From assembly GCA_963706025.1 (NCBI GenBank), contig CAVPLM010000005.1:960001-1024000 (forward strand): 64,000 nt of DNA, read 5' to 3'. The translations under genes were made by a program, and so were the position numbers. The notes below the pieces were generated by a model, which saw only the letters and a program-made list of their open reading frames with translations, had not been told where the DNA came from and made no database searches. This stretch comes from an uncultured Actinomycetes bacterium. Its GTDB lineage: Bacteria > Actinomycetota > Thermoleophilia > RBG-16-64-13. This document shows, piece by piece, positions 40,804 to 52,019 of this stretch; the stretch's first letter is position 1, and each line of letters opens with the position of its first letter.

Positions 40804-41175
40804 TCAGCCCGGGGAGGGCAGGGCGAAGGACAGCACGACCACGGCGAGACCCAGCACCACAAGGAGCGGCTGCGTCCAGTGACGGTAGCCGATCATGCTC
40901 AGTTGGGCGACCATCCAGGCCAGGAGCACTATGCCCGCTTCCAGAGACATCACCCGGGCGCCCGAAGCGCCCCCCAGCAGCAGGGCCGCTGCCGCGGCCA
41001 TGCTGCCGCCGACGAGGACTAGGAGCACCAATCCGGGCGCGAAGTAGGTCTTGAACGCCGTGGCCTGCAGCCACTCCTTGGGGACTCGCGGAGCGCCCAG
41101 AAGTGCATACACGCCGCCGGCCACGGCGGCGGCGCCGATCAGGATCTCCAGCACGATGAGCGTAGAGCGGACCAT
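40804..41175 (-). CDS. Small 4-TM hypothetical membrane protein
   Basis: GG..L..EWL..F..Y..PGL.L..VG pattern. Confidence 0.6.
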   Translation of the reverse strand: MVRSTLIVLEILIGAAAVAGGVYALLGAPRVPKEWLQATAFKTYFAPGLVLLVLVGGSMAAAAALLLGGASGARVMSLEAGIVLLAWMVAQLSMIGYRHWTQPLLVVLGLAVVVLSFALPSPG

Positions 41176-41293
41176 GTTAGGTGCTATGCATACCACAACC
41201 AAGAGCTGACAGACGAATAGTCGCGTGAAGGAACGGCGGCGGCCGAGGATGACGTCGAACGTGCGTTGTATCGTTGAGAGAGGGGGACCAGCC

Positions 41294-42248
41294 ATGTCCG
41301 GCCATCTGGGCACCGACGAAAAACAGACCCGTCTGAAGAAACCATCCGGCAGCCCACGGCGTACGGCCACCCTCCCGTTGGCCGCCGCCTTGCTGCTCGC
41401 AGTTGTCCTGATATCCGCTGCCTGCGGCGCCGCGAACCCTGGAGACGGCAGCGGGAGCACCTCTACCACGGGCACCGACGGCGCTATTTCCCACCCCACC
41501 GGCGCGAACGAGATCGTGCTCCAGGTCACCCATGGCGGTGGGTTCGTTCCCGTCGAGTACAACTTGACCATGGTGCCCCAGTTCTCCCTCTACGGTGACG
41601 GCAGGGTGATCGTCTCCGGGCCGGTCATCGCGATCTATCCGCCACCGGCGCTGCCGAACCTGCAGACTACCGTCATCTCCGAGGAATCGGTGCAGGCCAT
41701 CTTGTCGGCCGCCCGGGAGGCCGGGCTCTTCGACCCCACCGTCGACTACGGCCAGCCCGGTATCACCGATGTGGGGACCACCACGATAGTGATAAACGCC
41801 GATGGCACCACCTATCGCTCGGACATCTACGCCCTGGGCATGGAGTCGGGAGCCGGCGGACTGACCCTGGAACAACAACAGGCCCGAGCCGCCATCGACG
41901 AGCTCCGCAACAAGTTGATCGACCTCAGCGCCTTCGAGACGGGAGAGCTCACGTGGACCCCCTATGAGTACTCCGCGCTCGCCGTCTACAGCCAAGCCGT
42001 GGATCCGGGCGCGACCACCGACCCCACCGACATCCAGCCGAATCAGCCTCCAGTGGCCGCTGGGGGATCTGAGCACTCTCGGAGAGCCGGTGCTGCCCGA
42101 TGGATTCAGGCGGTTCGTCGTCTCCGGCCAAGACCTGGCCACGCTCAAGCCTCTTGCGCAGCAGGCGACCACTATCACTCTCTGGAAGAGCGGGGACCAG
42201 GAATACCACCTGTCCTTCAGGCCTCTGCTCCCAGAAGAGACGGTCTAG
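41294..42248 (+). CDS. Hypothetical lipoprotein (frameshift near 42048)
   Basis: Lipobox SAAC; GGFVP..PQFSLYGDGRVI; the shifted frame ends FRPLLPEE. Confidence 0.65.
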
Positions 42249-42436
42249 CTGCTCCGGCGGCTCGAGGGGCGAAGGCGGCGTGATCGGGCGCCCGGGCACC
42301 CCGGGCCCAGCCCTGTGAGCGGGGCCGGCACTCCCACGATGCTCCGGCCGCGCGGCGGCGCGGACACAAGGCGCCCTCGGTGGAGTAGCGTGCTAGTCTG
42401 ATTCTCCGTCGACCAGAACGCTCCGGGAGTACGCTC

Positions 42437-43340
42437 ATGGCACCGGCCGTCCAGACGGAGGGACTCACCAAGAGGTACGGCCTCCGCGCTGGGCATCGAG
42501 AACCTCGACCTAGAAGTCCTGCAGGGGGAGATATTCGGATTCATAGGCCCCAACGGGGCCGGCAAGACGACTACCATCCGTCTGCTTCTGGACCTGCTTC
42601 ACCCCACCAGTGGGCGGGCCACCGTGCTGGGGCTGGATGCCCACCGCGACAGCGTGGCAGTGCGACGGGCGACCGGCTACCTCCCGGGTGAGTTCGGGCT
42701 GGATGTCCACATGACGGGGCGCCAGTTCCTCAAGTACTGCGGCCGGCTGCGCGGCCTCGACGATCTGGGAGCGGCGTCGCAGGTGGCCGACCGTCTGGAC
42801 CTCGATCTGGACGTGCCGATGGGCCGCCTCAGCCGGGGCAACCGCCAGAAGCTCGGCCTGGTCCAGGCTCTCTTCCATCATCCGCAGCTATTGATCCTCG
42901 ACGAACCCACCACCGGGCTGGATCCGCTGGTGCAAGACACCTTCCTGCAGATGATGCGAGAAGCCCGGAGCGAGGGTCGGACGGTCTTCCTGTCTTCGCA
43001 CATACTGAGCGAGGTGGAGCGGGTGTGTGATCGGGTTGCCATCGTGCGCGGTGGAAGGCTGGCTGCTCTGGAGACCACCGAGTCTCTCCTGGAGAGGCGG
43101 CGGAAGCGGGTCACGCTCGTGTTCAGCGAGCCGGTCGATGCTACGCCCTTCGCCCGCCTTCCCGGAGTGAGCGACGTGCGGGTCGACGGGAACACCATCT
43201 CACTCCGATTGCACGACGGCATAGACGCCGTGGTCAAGGTGGCGGCTCAGCACACGCTGCTCGACCTGAACGTCGAGCACCCCACCTTGGACGAGGTTTT
43301 CATGGGCTACTACGACGAGAGGCAGCCGTGGCCGGCCTGA
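42437..43340 (+). CDS. ABC-2 exporter ATP-binding subunit (frameshift near 42485)
   Basis: LTKRYG.., GPNGAGKTT, LSRGNRQK, LDEPTTGLDP. Confidence 0.88.
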
Positions 43341-44128
43341 GACAGGTGTGGACCCTGATTGCGCACCAACTGCACAGACGGGTGCGCTCTATCGGCATCT
43401 GGGGAGTGGCCCTGGGCGGTTTGGGCGCGCTGTACGTGGCCCTCTACCCCAGCATGAGCAGCCTCCTCGAGCAGTACATGGAACAGGCGCCGGATCTGAT
43501 GCAGCAGTACATGGGCGAGATTCAAGGGTCAATCACCATCGAGCAGTGGCTGGGGATGGAACTCGTGAACGGTATCATCCCGATCGCGCTCCCCTTCATG
43601 GTCATGGTGATAGGGTCCCGGGCCATAGCCGGGAACGAAGAGCGCAAGACGCTCGACCTGTTGCTCAGCAATCCTTTGCCGCGCCAGAACGTAGTCGCAG
43701 GTTCGGTGGGTACAATGGCGCTTTCCCTGGCCGGCGTGTTGGCGATCACCTGGATACTGACCTACATCGCCGTGCCCGCTGCCGGGGTGGAGCTGTCGGC
43801 CGGTCGCCTGGCGGCCGGCCTGGCCGCGCTGTGGCCCATGTGTCTCTTTTTCGGAGCCCTCGCCCTACTGGCATCGGCCCTGGTCCGGCGCGCGTTCCTG
43901 GCCATAGTCATACCGGGAGTCGTCCTCGTGGCCATGTACGTGATCGACGGTCTCGCCCAGGCATCAAAGACCATCGAGCCGTTGCGGGTGCTCTCCCTCT
44001 TCTACCACCTGGGCCGGCCCTTGGAAGGGGACTTCCCCTGGACGGCGGTGCTTGTGACGCTGGTAGGGGTGTGCATTCTGGCCGGCGCGGCGATAGCCGC
44101 TTTCGCCCGCAGGGACATCTATACGTAG
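43328..44128 (+). CDS. ABC-2 exporter permease
   Basis: IAG.EE..TLDLLLS.P.R; ends FARRD. Confidence 0.88.
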   Translation: MAGLRQVWTLIAHQLHRRVRSIGIWGVALGGLGALYVALYPSMSSLLEQYMEQAPDLMQQYMGEIQGSITIEQWLGMELVNGIIPIALPFMVMVIGSRAIAGNEERKTLDLLLSNPLPRQNVVAGSVGTMALSLAGVLAITWILTYIAVPAAGVELSAGRLAAGLAALWPMCLFFGALALLASALVRRAFLAIVIPGVVLVAMYVIDGLAQASKTIEPLRVLSLFYHLGRPLEGDFPWTAVLVTLVGVCILAGAAIAAFARRDIYT

Positions 44129-44304
44129 AGTCGGCTCCCCGGCCGGGGCCGATCCTTCGGCCGTTCGCGAGAACAGCAGGTGCGATGGGCACCGGGGCGT
44201 TGCGTTAGATCTTACGCGATCCCGAAAGCCCTAGTCTTTGGCTGTCATAGGGTTGCTCGCCTCGGACACGCCGTTGGGATCGAAGCTCCGCCGCACGGCC
44301 GTAT

Positions 44305-46575
44305 TCATGGAGTCGACCAGATCTTGTAGTTGTCGAAACCCAGTTGGAGCCCGCCCGAGGTGGTCGTTCCGCCTATGAATCCTAATCTGCCGGACGCAAG
44401 GGAAGCGCCCGTAAGCTCGCAAACATTCGTCCCGTTGACGTACATATTGACGGTGGCTCCCTTGGCCGTCACCTTCAGATGATTCCAGGCAGTGCCCTTG
44501 TTGATGGCGCTGGCCGGATTGTCCTGGACCTGGGTCAGAGAACTCCGACTCCCGCCGGCCACCCGCCACAATTGCCAGAAGCCCTCGCTGGAGACGACGA
44601 ACTGATACATGTCCTTGCCATCGGAGGATACCCTAAAGATGAGCCCGTAGAGCCCCTCCATTAGCGAGGGCAGAGAAAGGGCGTCAACTTCGACCGTGAA
44701 ATCGCTGTACGACTCGCCCAGCCAGGTCCAGGCGAGCCAATTGGGCTCGCTGATGGTGATGGTGTAGCGGGAGAGCGAAGTGTCGCACGCCAGTTGGTAG
44801 TTGCCGTCCCCGCCCTCCGACCACCCGCTGGCCCCAGTGGAAAAATCGTCGGAGAACAGCAGCTGAGGCTCCGACGGAGGCGGTCCGTTGCCCTCCAGGT
44901 TGTAGAGGTTCCACATGATCTGGGCCGATTCGCCCCGGCTGGCCTTGGCCTCGCAGCTCCATGAGGGGCCGACCCCGGCGACGCCGTCGAGCAGCCCGTT
45001 GAATTCGGCGACGCGCACGTTCTCGCCATGATAGGGATTCGAGTAGTAGTTAGTTAGCCCACCGCCGTTCCAGCCGGTGGGTGGAGTCTCGAGCGCCCCC
45101 TGTTTGAAGTTCTTGCCGGCACGCACCACCATGCTAATCACTTGCGCCCGGGTGATGTCCACGTACGGCGCGAAGGTGGTAGCCGTCTTGCCGTAGGTGA
45201 TCTGAAGGGCATAGGCCTTGCCTACATAGTCGTTCGGGTAGAGCTTGCCTGGGTCGTCGAGTTCGAGGTCCGTGAAGGGCTTGCTCGCGTCCTGCCAGTC
45301 GCTTTCGGAAACGGTGATCTTCAGCACACCCAGGATCATCTTGGCGAACTGGGCCCGGAGGATGTTGTTCTGGGGCCGAAACTCCTTTCCCCCGGGGACA
45401 TCATATCCGTCGATGACCCCGGCGTGACTCAGGCCCTCGATCGCGGTGTAGTAGGTGTGGCTCGGAGGCACGTCGAGGAAGCACTGGTGGCCGGGAGGCT
45501 GCGTGCCGCCGTAGCTCACTATCGTCCCCGCGTCACCGACAGCCCAGCCGCGCGGCGTGCCGCCCGTCTGGCTGGCAGGAAGGAAGAAGACCTGGTTCAG
45601 CTTCGCGGAGGTACCGGAGGACTGTGAAGACCAGGCGCCACCGCCGCTGGTGGTCTGCATGAGGGAGCCGTCGGCCAAGATGCCCCAGCCTTGAGTGGAA
45701 CTGGCGAATGCGAACCGCGCCGGCCACTGCGGAGAAGAGACGCTCACCACCTGCCAGGTGACCCCGCCGTTGGTGGTGTGGAGGAGCCGATTGACGCTCG
45801 TGAGGAGGTTGGTCATCCTCACCCAGCCCTCGAGCGGACTGGTGAAGAAGAGTGAATCGAAGGTGAGGATGCCCTCCTCCACCGGCAGGTTAGTGAATTC
45901 CGCCCTACTCCAGAGGGAGCCGCCGTTGGTCGTATAGAAGTGGACGTTCCCGGAGCCCGTGATGCAACCGTTGTTGGCGTCGCGAAAATGGACCCCGTTG
46001 ATGGTCTGCACGGTGGAGAGCACCCCACCTACATCCGTCTTGTCCTGCCGCTCCCAGATGCCGCCGCCGTTCGTCGTGCGGACGACGGTCCCCCAGGTGC
46101 CGCCCAACCAGATGTGGGTGGCATCGACGATGGCCACGTCGAGGTAACCGCCTGTGATGGCTGGCACAGCCACTGGGTTCCAGGTACCGCCGCCGTTGGA
46201 AGTCTTGAGCACGACTGGAGCGTTCGAGGCGTCGCGACCCAGGACCCAGCCGTTGTTCTGGTCGACGAACCTGACCTTGAACAGGCCGGCCGTACCCCCG
46301 GAAGTCTGCTTCGTCCAGGTTTGGCCACCATTGGTGGTACTGAGAATGACGCCGCCGTCGCCCGCCACCCAGCCGTAATTGCGATCGAGGAAGAAGACTG
46401 CGTTGAGCTTCGCGGTGGTGCCGGAGGCCTGAGCAGCCCAGCCGACGTCTGCCGCCAGAGCCACGCCCGGAGAGAAGGCACCGGAGGTCGCGAATGCGCC
46501 CACCGCCAACAGCAGCATGGTGGCAAAGGCGACCGTTGGCAGGTACTTGACCAAACGTCGCCGTGCGGCCAACAT
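44305..46575 (-). CDS. Surface protein: YCF48-like beta-propeller + SLH repeats + DUF1080-like domain
   Basis: Signal peptide, repeated T.NGG.TW Asp-boxes, FLDVP..F.P..LRAQ/TRAQ SLH motifs, C-terminal WNHLKV..G.LG..FDN. Confidence 0.8.
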   Translation of the reverse strand: MLAARRRLVKYLPTVAFATMLLLAVGAFATSGAFSPGVALAADVGWAAQASGTTAKLNAVFFLDRNYGWVAGDGGVILSTTNGGQTWTKQTSGGTAGLFKVRFVDQNNGWVLGRDASNAPVVLKTSNGGGTWNPVAVPAITGGYLDVAIVDATHIWLGGTWGTVVRTTNGGGIWERQDKTDVGGVLSTVQTINGVHFRDANNGCITGSGNVHFYTTNGGSLWSRAEFTNLPVEEGILTFDSLFFTSPLEGWVRMTNLLTSVNRLLHTTNGGVTWQVVSVSSPQWPARFAFASSTQGWGILADGSLMQTTSGGGAWSSQSSGTSAKLNQVFFLPASQTGGTPRGWAVGDAGTIVSYGGTQPPGHQCFLDVPPSHTYYTAIEGLSHAGVIDGYDVPGGKEFRPQNNILRAQFAKMILGVLKITVSESDWQDASKPFTDLELDDPGKLYPNDYVGKAYALQITYGKTATTFAPYVDITRAQVISMVVRAGKNFKQGALETPPTGWNGGGLTNYYSNPYHGENVRVAEFNGLLDGVAGVGPSWSCEAKASRGESAQIMWNLYNLEGNGPPPSEPQLLFSDDFSTGASGWSEGGDGNYQLACDTSLSRYTITISEPNWLAWTWLGESYSDFTVEVDALSLPSLMEGLYGLIFRVSSDGKDMYQFVVSSEGFWQLWRVAGGSRSSLTQVQDNPASAINKGTAWNHLKVTAKGATVNMYVNGTNVCELTGASLASGRLGFIGGTTTSGGLQLGFDNYKIWSTP

Positions 46576-46684
46576 CTGACCCCCTTTCCGCTTTGTGAGA
46601 CCCAGGGATGGAGAGGCGGCGGATGCTGGGGATTCCGTCCCCGGAGCCCCGGCGCCCGCCGCCTCAGGCGGTAGCCTCACCCGA

Positions 46685-47511
46685 TTACCTTTCTACGAAG
46701 ATGACCCCCAGATTGAGGCTGTCGACGAGGTCGACCTGCTGCGCGACCGGCTTGTAGCCGGGCGCGCTCACGACCAGGTCGTAGCGACCGGGCGCCAGGC
46801 CGTCGAAGATGAAGTCGCCGTAGTTGTTCGTTGCGGTGTCGCCAATCTTGGTGCCCTCCGCCTGCAGGATGACGATCGCACCCTCGGCGCAGTCGTCGGT
46901 GTCTTTGTAGGCCACGGTTCCGCCCAGAAAGGCCTTGGTCCAACGGTGGAGGTTCTTGTACCAGACGCGCGGGTTGGTCCCCCAGTCCGCCTGATACGCC
47001 TCCAGACCCTCCGCACTGGCCTTCACCACCATCTCGTCCTCATCACCCAGGACGAGTTTGAGCGCCCCGGTGGGGCACACCTGGGTGCAGCGGGTCTCGG
47101 TCCACCCGCCGTCGATCAGGTGTGCGCAACCGGTGCACTTCTGGGGAAGGCCGGCCTCCTCGTTCCAGTAGATGACGTCGTAGGGGCAACTGCCAACGAT
47201 CTGCTTCTGACCCTTGGCTTTCTTGGGGTCGATGATCACGAGGCCGTCTTTGCGCTTGTGCACGGCGCCGTCGGGAGTGAGGCAGGGAGCATCGTCGCAA
47301 TGCTGGCAGGGGACGGGCAGGTAAGCCACCTGCACCATCGGGAACTGGCCTCTCTCCTTGCGCTCGATGTCCATCCAGCGCTGGCCGGACCAGGGCTGGG
47401 CGACCGAGTAGCCCTTGAAGTCGTTCCCTACATACTCGTCCTTGCAGGCCAGGAAGCAGTTGTTGCAGTCGTGGCAGAGGGCGACGTCGACACCATGTTC
47501 CACTTTTTCAT
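46685..47511 (-). CDS. bthL: Pyrogallol transhydroxylase small subunit-like Fe-S protein (frameshift near 47490)
   Basis: MKKWNMV../CHDCNNCFLACKDE, CPY..WNEE, C-terminal TNNYGDF domain. Confidence 0.8.
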
Positions 47512-50100
47512 CTGCCGTCCTCCCACTTCTCGACTTGGATCAAACAGGAGTTGTTGGACATGCCCCCGGAGTAGGGAGTGATCAGCCGGATGTTGGTGAG
47601 GATGTTCACACAACCGCCGCGGTCCGGCGACTCACCGGGCGTGCCCAGGGGATCGTATTCCGCGCACGACTCGTACGAGTGGACGGTGCCGGACGGCACC
47701 CGCTCGGTGACCTGCGCCGCCAGGATGACCGAACCCCGGTCGTTGAAGGCCCGGATCAAGTCACCGCTCCTGAGGCCTCGAGCCGAAGCATCCTGAGTGT
47801 TGAGGCGCATGACCCAGTAGTAGTGGCCGTCCACCAACACCCGGTGGTCCTTGACCTCGTTCATCCAACTCTCTTTGCCGTCGCCCATGGTGTGGAAGCT
47901 GAAGCGCGGGTGCGGGGAGACCATCTGCAGGGGATACTTGCCGTAGAGCTCGGTGGTGTGGTGTCCCTCCCAGCTGGGGATGAACTGCGGGCCCATGGCC
48001 GGCCGCTCGGGATCGATGTTGCCCCCCGCCTCGAAGCGGGTGAGGCTCGACGAGACGAACTCGATCTTGCCGGATGCGGTCTGTAGCCCTTTGAGGCCGA
48101 CCGTGTCGGCTGGGAAAGCCCAGTCGGGCGTGTCGCGGACCCGGTCCTCGGCGAACCAGCGCATGGCCGGAGTGGACTTGTGGTCTTTGGGGAACGGGAC
48201 GACGACGTAGCCCTTCTTCTCGAAGTCTTTCCAGGAGATCAACTTGGGTAGGTCGGTGGCCTGGAAGTATTCCTTGACCCACTGATACTCGTCCTTGCCG
48301 CCCATGGTGAACAGGTGCCCGATCCCCAGTCGCTCGCACACAGCCGCGAAGATGTCGTAGTCGGACTTGCTCTCGCCCAGCGGCTCGATGCACTTCATCT
48401 GCAGGCTGATGACCCGGTTGTTGGTCTGGGTGTAGACGTCGGGGATATAGCCTGAGCAGCTGGCGAACTCGCTGATGTCCCAGCGCTCGAAGTTGGTGCA
48501 GGCCGGCAGGACGATATCGGCGAACTTGGCTTCCCCCTCCCACCAGATGGGCTGGCTCACCGCGAACTCCAGCTTCGGATTCCGATAGGCCTTCACGTAG
48601 CGGTTGGTCTGGGTCATGGTCCCGAAGAAGGACCCTCCGTAGCGCCAGTACATGTGGATGAACGGGTAGCCCGGAGCCGGATACTCGTATTTCTGCAGCT
48701 GGCTCTCGATGGAGGAACCGCAGAACCCCTTGCCCCTGAACTCCATCTTCTCGTTCTGGAGCGCTTCGGGGATGCGGAGGCGCGATATGATCTGACCCTC
48801 GGTGGAGTCGTGCGTGCACCGGGTGGCTCCCTGCCTGCCCGCGAACATGTGATAGACCCAGCGGAAGCCGGCGGCCGACTTGTCTACATCACCGGAGATG
48901 CCACCCTCGGCATAGCCGGGGAAGAGGAAGGACTCGTCGGCCGGGCAGCCCTGCGAGGTCCCCCATATGTTGCTCCCCGGCTTGCCCATGCCCTGCATCG
49001 CAGCCAGGGCGATCATGGTGCGGGCCCACTCGTTGCCGGTGGCAGAACGGCAGGCGCCGCCCCAGCCTCCGAGGCTGCCGGCGGCCAGCATCGTCTTCTT
49101 GGCGCCCCACTCCCGAGCCAACGCCCGGATGTCGCGGGCCGGGATCCTCGATTCACCCTCGGCCCATTCGGGGGTCTTGGGCACGCCGTCGCTCTCGCCC
49201 AGGACGTACGCTTTCCATTGATCGAAGCCCACGGTGCGATCGGCCACATATTCCTTGTCGTACGTGCCCTCGGTCAGCCACGTGTAGGCGATGCCGAGAC
49301 CCAGGGCCACGTCGGTGCCGAGCCGCGGCGAGAACCACTTGTCGGCGATAAGACCGGCGGTGTGGTTGTAGTAGGGGTCGATGAAGATCATCTTGACGCC
49401 CAGCTCCTTGAGCCAGAAGCGGCGGACGGTGCTCTCGAAGGCCGAGTAGATGCCGCCCCCGGTGCTCTCGGGGTCGGCCGACCAGAACACGATCATCTCG
49501 GTGTGCTTGAGGGCATCTTCCAGGAGGTCGTACTGCTCGGGTATGCCCAGGCGGTGGCTGTAGCCCCACATGTGCATGCCCCCCCAGTGCCAGCCTTCCC
49601 AGCTGTCCGGGTTGTGGGCGGCCTGGACCATCCCCACCAGGTTCGAGAAACGCAAGTAGGCGCTGTGGCGATAGCCCACGTTGCCCCACAGGTGGTGGGA
49701 CCCACAGGTGGTGAGGATCGCCCCCGGTCCAAACGTTCGCTTCACCCGGTTGATCTCGTTGCAGACGATACCCAGGGCCTCGTCCCAGCTGATGGGCTCG
49801 TAGTCTGACTCGCCCCGCTTTTCGCAGTTGCGCTCGCCGTTGGGGTCGAAATCCACCCGTTTGAGCGGGGTGAGCACCCGCTTGGGCGAGTAGATCATCG
49901 ACTTGTGACCGGCGGTGTAGGGCATCACGGTGGTGCGCCGGGGCGGGGCGAAGGTACGCCCTCTGCGCCTCGATCGACCAGGTGGGGTTGTCGGACTCCT
50001 CGAGGTCCATGGGCGTGATCCGCAAGATCTTCCCATCTCTCACATCGACGAAGACCGGCCCCCCGGTGGTGCTGTTTGTCATCCTCTGTACTTTGCCCAT
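47508..50100 (-). CDS. athL: Pyrogallol-phloroglucinol transhydroxylase large subunit-like Mo-bisPGD enzyme (frameshift near 49965)
   Basis: TNSTTGGP..RITP, SHHLWGNVGYRHS, NPDSWEGWHWG, GGWGGACR, FPGYAEGG; no Tat signal or FS0 cluster. Confidence 0.85.
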
Positions 50101-50212
50101 GCTTCGACCTCCGCTCGCGCTTTGATCCCGGGGCGGCCGCACGTGCCGCCCTACCCGTCAACTATGATTTACCGGGCCCGGAACTACAACCCTCGTGTGG
50201 GATACGTGTGAA

Positions 50213-50245
50213 GGTGGCGGAGCCGGTTCCACCGGCTCCGCCACC
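50213..50245 (-). terminator. Perfect 15-bp stem hairpin after the substrate-binding gene
   Basis: ggtggcggagccggt-tcc-accggctccgccacc. Confidence 0.7.
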
Positions 50246-50294
50246 CATGCAGGCCCCGATTCGCTTGTAAGAGGGCTCCGCGCCCGTGGGTACT

Positions 50295-51764
50295 CTAGGA
50301 GTACTCTATGGGCACCATCGCTGCCTCCTTCGCGATCGCTGGACCCATCTTGTTGTCGACAATGACCAGGTCGAAGTCCCACTTCCCGGTCCCCGGGACC
50401 CACTGCCCACCAACCAACGGCGTACGGTACACGTTCGGGACCGGGTGTAAGGAGTTCGGATCGACCGGCGAGGTGAAGTCGATCGGACCGCCGATGGTCT
50501 CCATCTTGGTGGTTCTAATCGCCGCGACGATGGCTTCTTTGTCGTCCACGTTTGGGCACCGTCTAAGGGCGTCGACCACGACTTCGAACACCCCATAGTG
50601 CAGCAGGGGTTGAGTCCATTGAAGTCCTGTGCGCTGCTCAAAGTCATCCGCAAACTGCTGGCACGTCTCCCCGGTTAACGACGACTTGAACGGATGTCTC
50701 GGCGTCCACCAGACCTCGGTCGACAGATAGTAGCCCGCGGGGCCGATAGCTTCGAGCGCTCCGGGGAAAAGGAGAGCCTTGCCCACCGTCGCCACGGGAG
50801 GCCTGAAACCCTGCTGGAGCATCTGATTCCACATGACCGGGAAGTCAGGCGGTAGGGGGACGCCGGTAAGGATCTCGCAACCTGATTTCTTGATATCGGT
50901 GATGATGGCCGTGTAGTCCTCGGTCCCACTGTTGTAGCCGCCCGCGTAGACGACCTCGTATCCGTTCTGCGGCAGGACTGCCGGGAATCCCAACTCTGGA
51001 TCCCGCCAGGCGTTACCGTCGGCGTCATTGGGCCACATGCCGGCGACCTTCTTGTTGGTCTGCATGCTGTCCCACATGCTCACGAACGTCCCAATGACGT
51101 CCTCGAGACCCCAGAACGCGTGCCACGTCCACTTGAAGCCCTCGGGCGGAGGATTCCGGCTCAGGTAGTAGGCCTGCCAGGGAGCATCATTCGAGAACAT
51201 GGGGCATTGTAGAGCCTCAGCCTGCCCGGCCACCGGGGTGACCGTATCGTTCGTGGAGGCCGCCATGATGACGTCGACCTGGTCGTTCGTGATGAGGTCG
51301 CCCCCTACCTGTGCTGCCCGGTTGCTGTCGGACTGGCTATCCCTGACCAAGATGTTGATGGGGTGATTCTTGCCGTCGCCACAGACAAGCCCGTCGGAGA
51401 CGGCTTCCTTCCAGCGCGAGGCGCAGTACTGGTCGGGCACTCCGAACAAGGCGATGGCGCCGGTAATCGGGGCCACAAACCCGATCTTGAGTTCCCGCCC
51501 GGTCTCCGGACCCGCGGAGACGGTCGTAGTGGCCCCCGCCGTGGTGGTGGTTGCGCCTGCTGTGGTGGTCGTTGATTCCGCGGCGGTGGTGGTGGTTTCC
51601 TCTTCGCCGCAGGCGGCGAGCAGTCCGCCCAGGCCAGCGCTGAGGCCGATCGCGGCACCCGAAACGCCCGCGATCCGAAGGAACTCGCGACGGCTCAGCG
51701 CCTTCGCGCCGGGAATAGCGGTTGCTCCCTTCCCGTCAGGAGCTTTCTCCTCCGAGTTCGGCAT
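50295..51764 (-). CDS. Orphan Liv-family substrate-binding Tat lipoprotein
   Basis: SRREFL Tat motif, LAAC lipobox, KIGFVAP.TG, WPNDADG, VGGQW. Confidence 0.88.
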   Translation of the reverse strand: MPNSEEKAPDGKGATAIPGAKALSRREFLRIAGVSGAAIGLSAGLGGLLAACGEEETTTTAAESTTTTAGATTTTAGATTTVSAGPETGRELKIGFVAPITGAIALFGVPDQYCASRWKEAVSDGLVCGDGKNHPINILVRDSQSDSNRAAQVGGDLITNDQVDVIMAASTNDTVTPVAGQAEALQCPMFSNDAPWQAYYLSRNPPPEGFKWTWHAFWGLEDVIGTFVSMWDSMQTNKKVAGMWPNDADGNAWRDPELGFPAVLPQNGYEVVYAGGYNSGTEDYTAIITDIKKSGCEILTGVPLPPDFPVMWNQMLQQGFRPPVATVGKALLFPGALEAIGPAGYYLSTEVWWTPRHPFKSSLTGETCQQFADDFEQRTGLQWTQPLLHYGVFEVVVDALRRCPNVDDKEAIVAAIRTTKMETIGGPIDFTSPVDPNSLHPVPNVYRTPLVGGQWVPGTGKWDFDLVIVDNKMGPAIAKEAAMVPIEYS

Positions 51765-51913
51765 GGCCCCCCTTTGAGTGTTGCCGATGACTCAGCGATT
51801 CCCCGAGAAACGATCGATTTCGTCGTCAGTCCAAACGCTCGTTCTCCCCCATAAGCCTCCATTCCCCGGGCCGAAAAGACCTGAGAGCCGTCTGATGCTA
51901 TCTATCCAGTGAT

Positions 51914-51933
51914 ATTGTTTGTAAACATACAAT
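51914..51933. promoter_or_regulatory. Palindromic operator in a divergent promoter
   Basis: ATTGT-t-TGT-aa-ACA-t-ACAAT dyad, AT-rich within GC-rich DNA. Confidence 0.6.
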
Positions 51934-52019
51934 GGCTCCAGGCAGGCCGGCAAGTTCTGCAGCTAATCCTCGCGGATCCCGGGCCTTAGGCATCCCACAG
52001 GGTGGTGGTTCTCTCCAGA

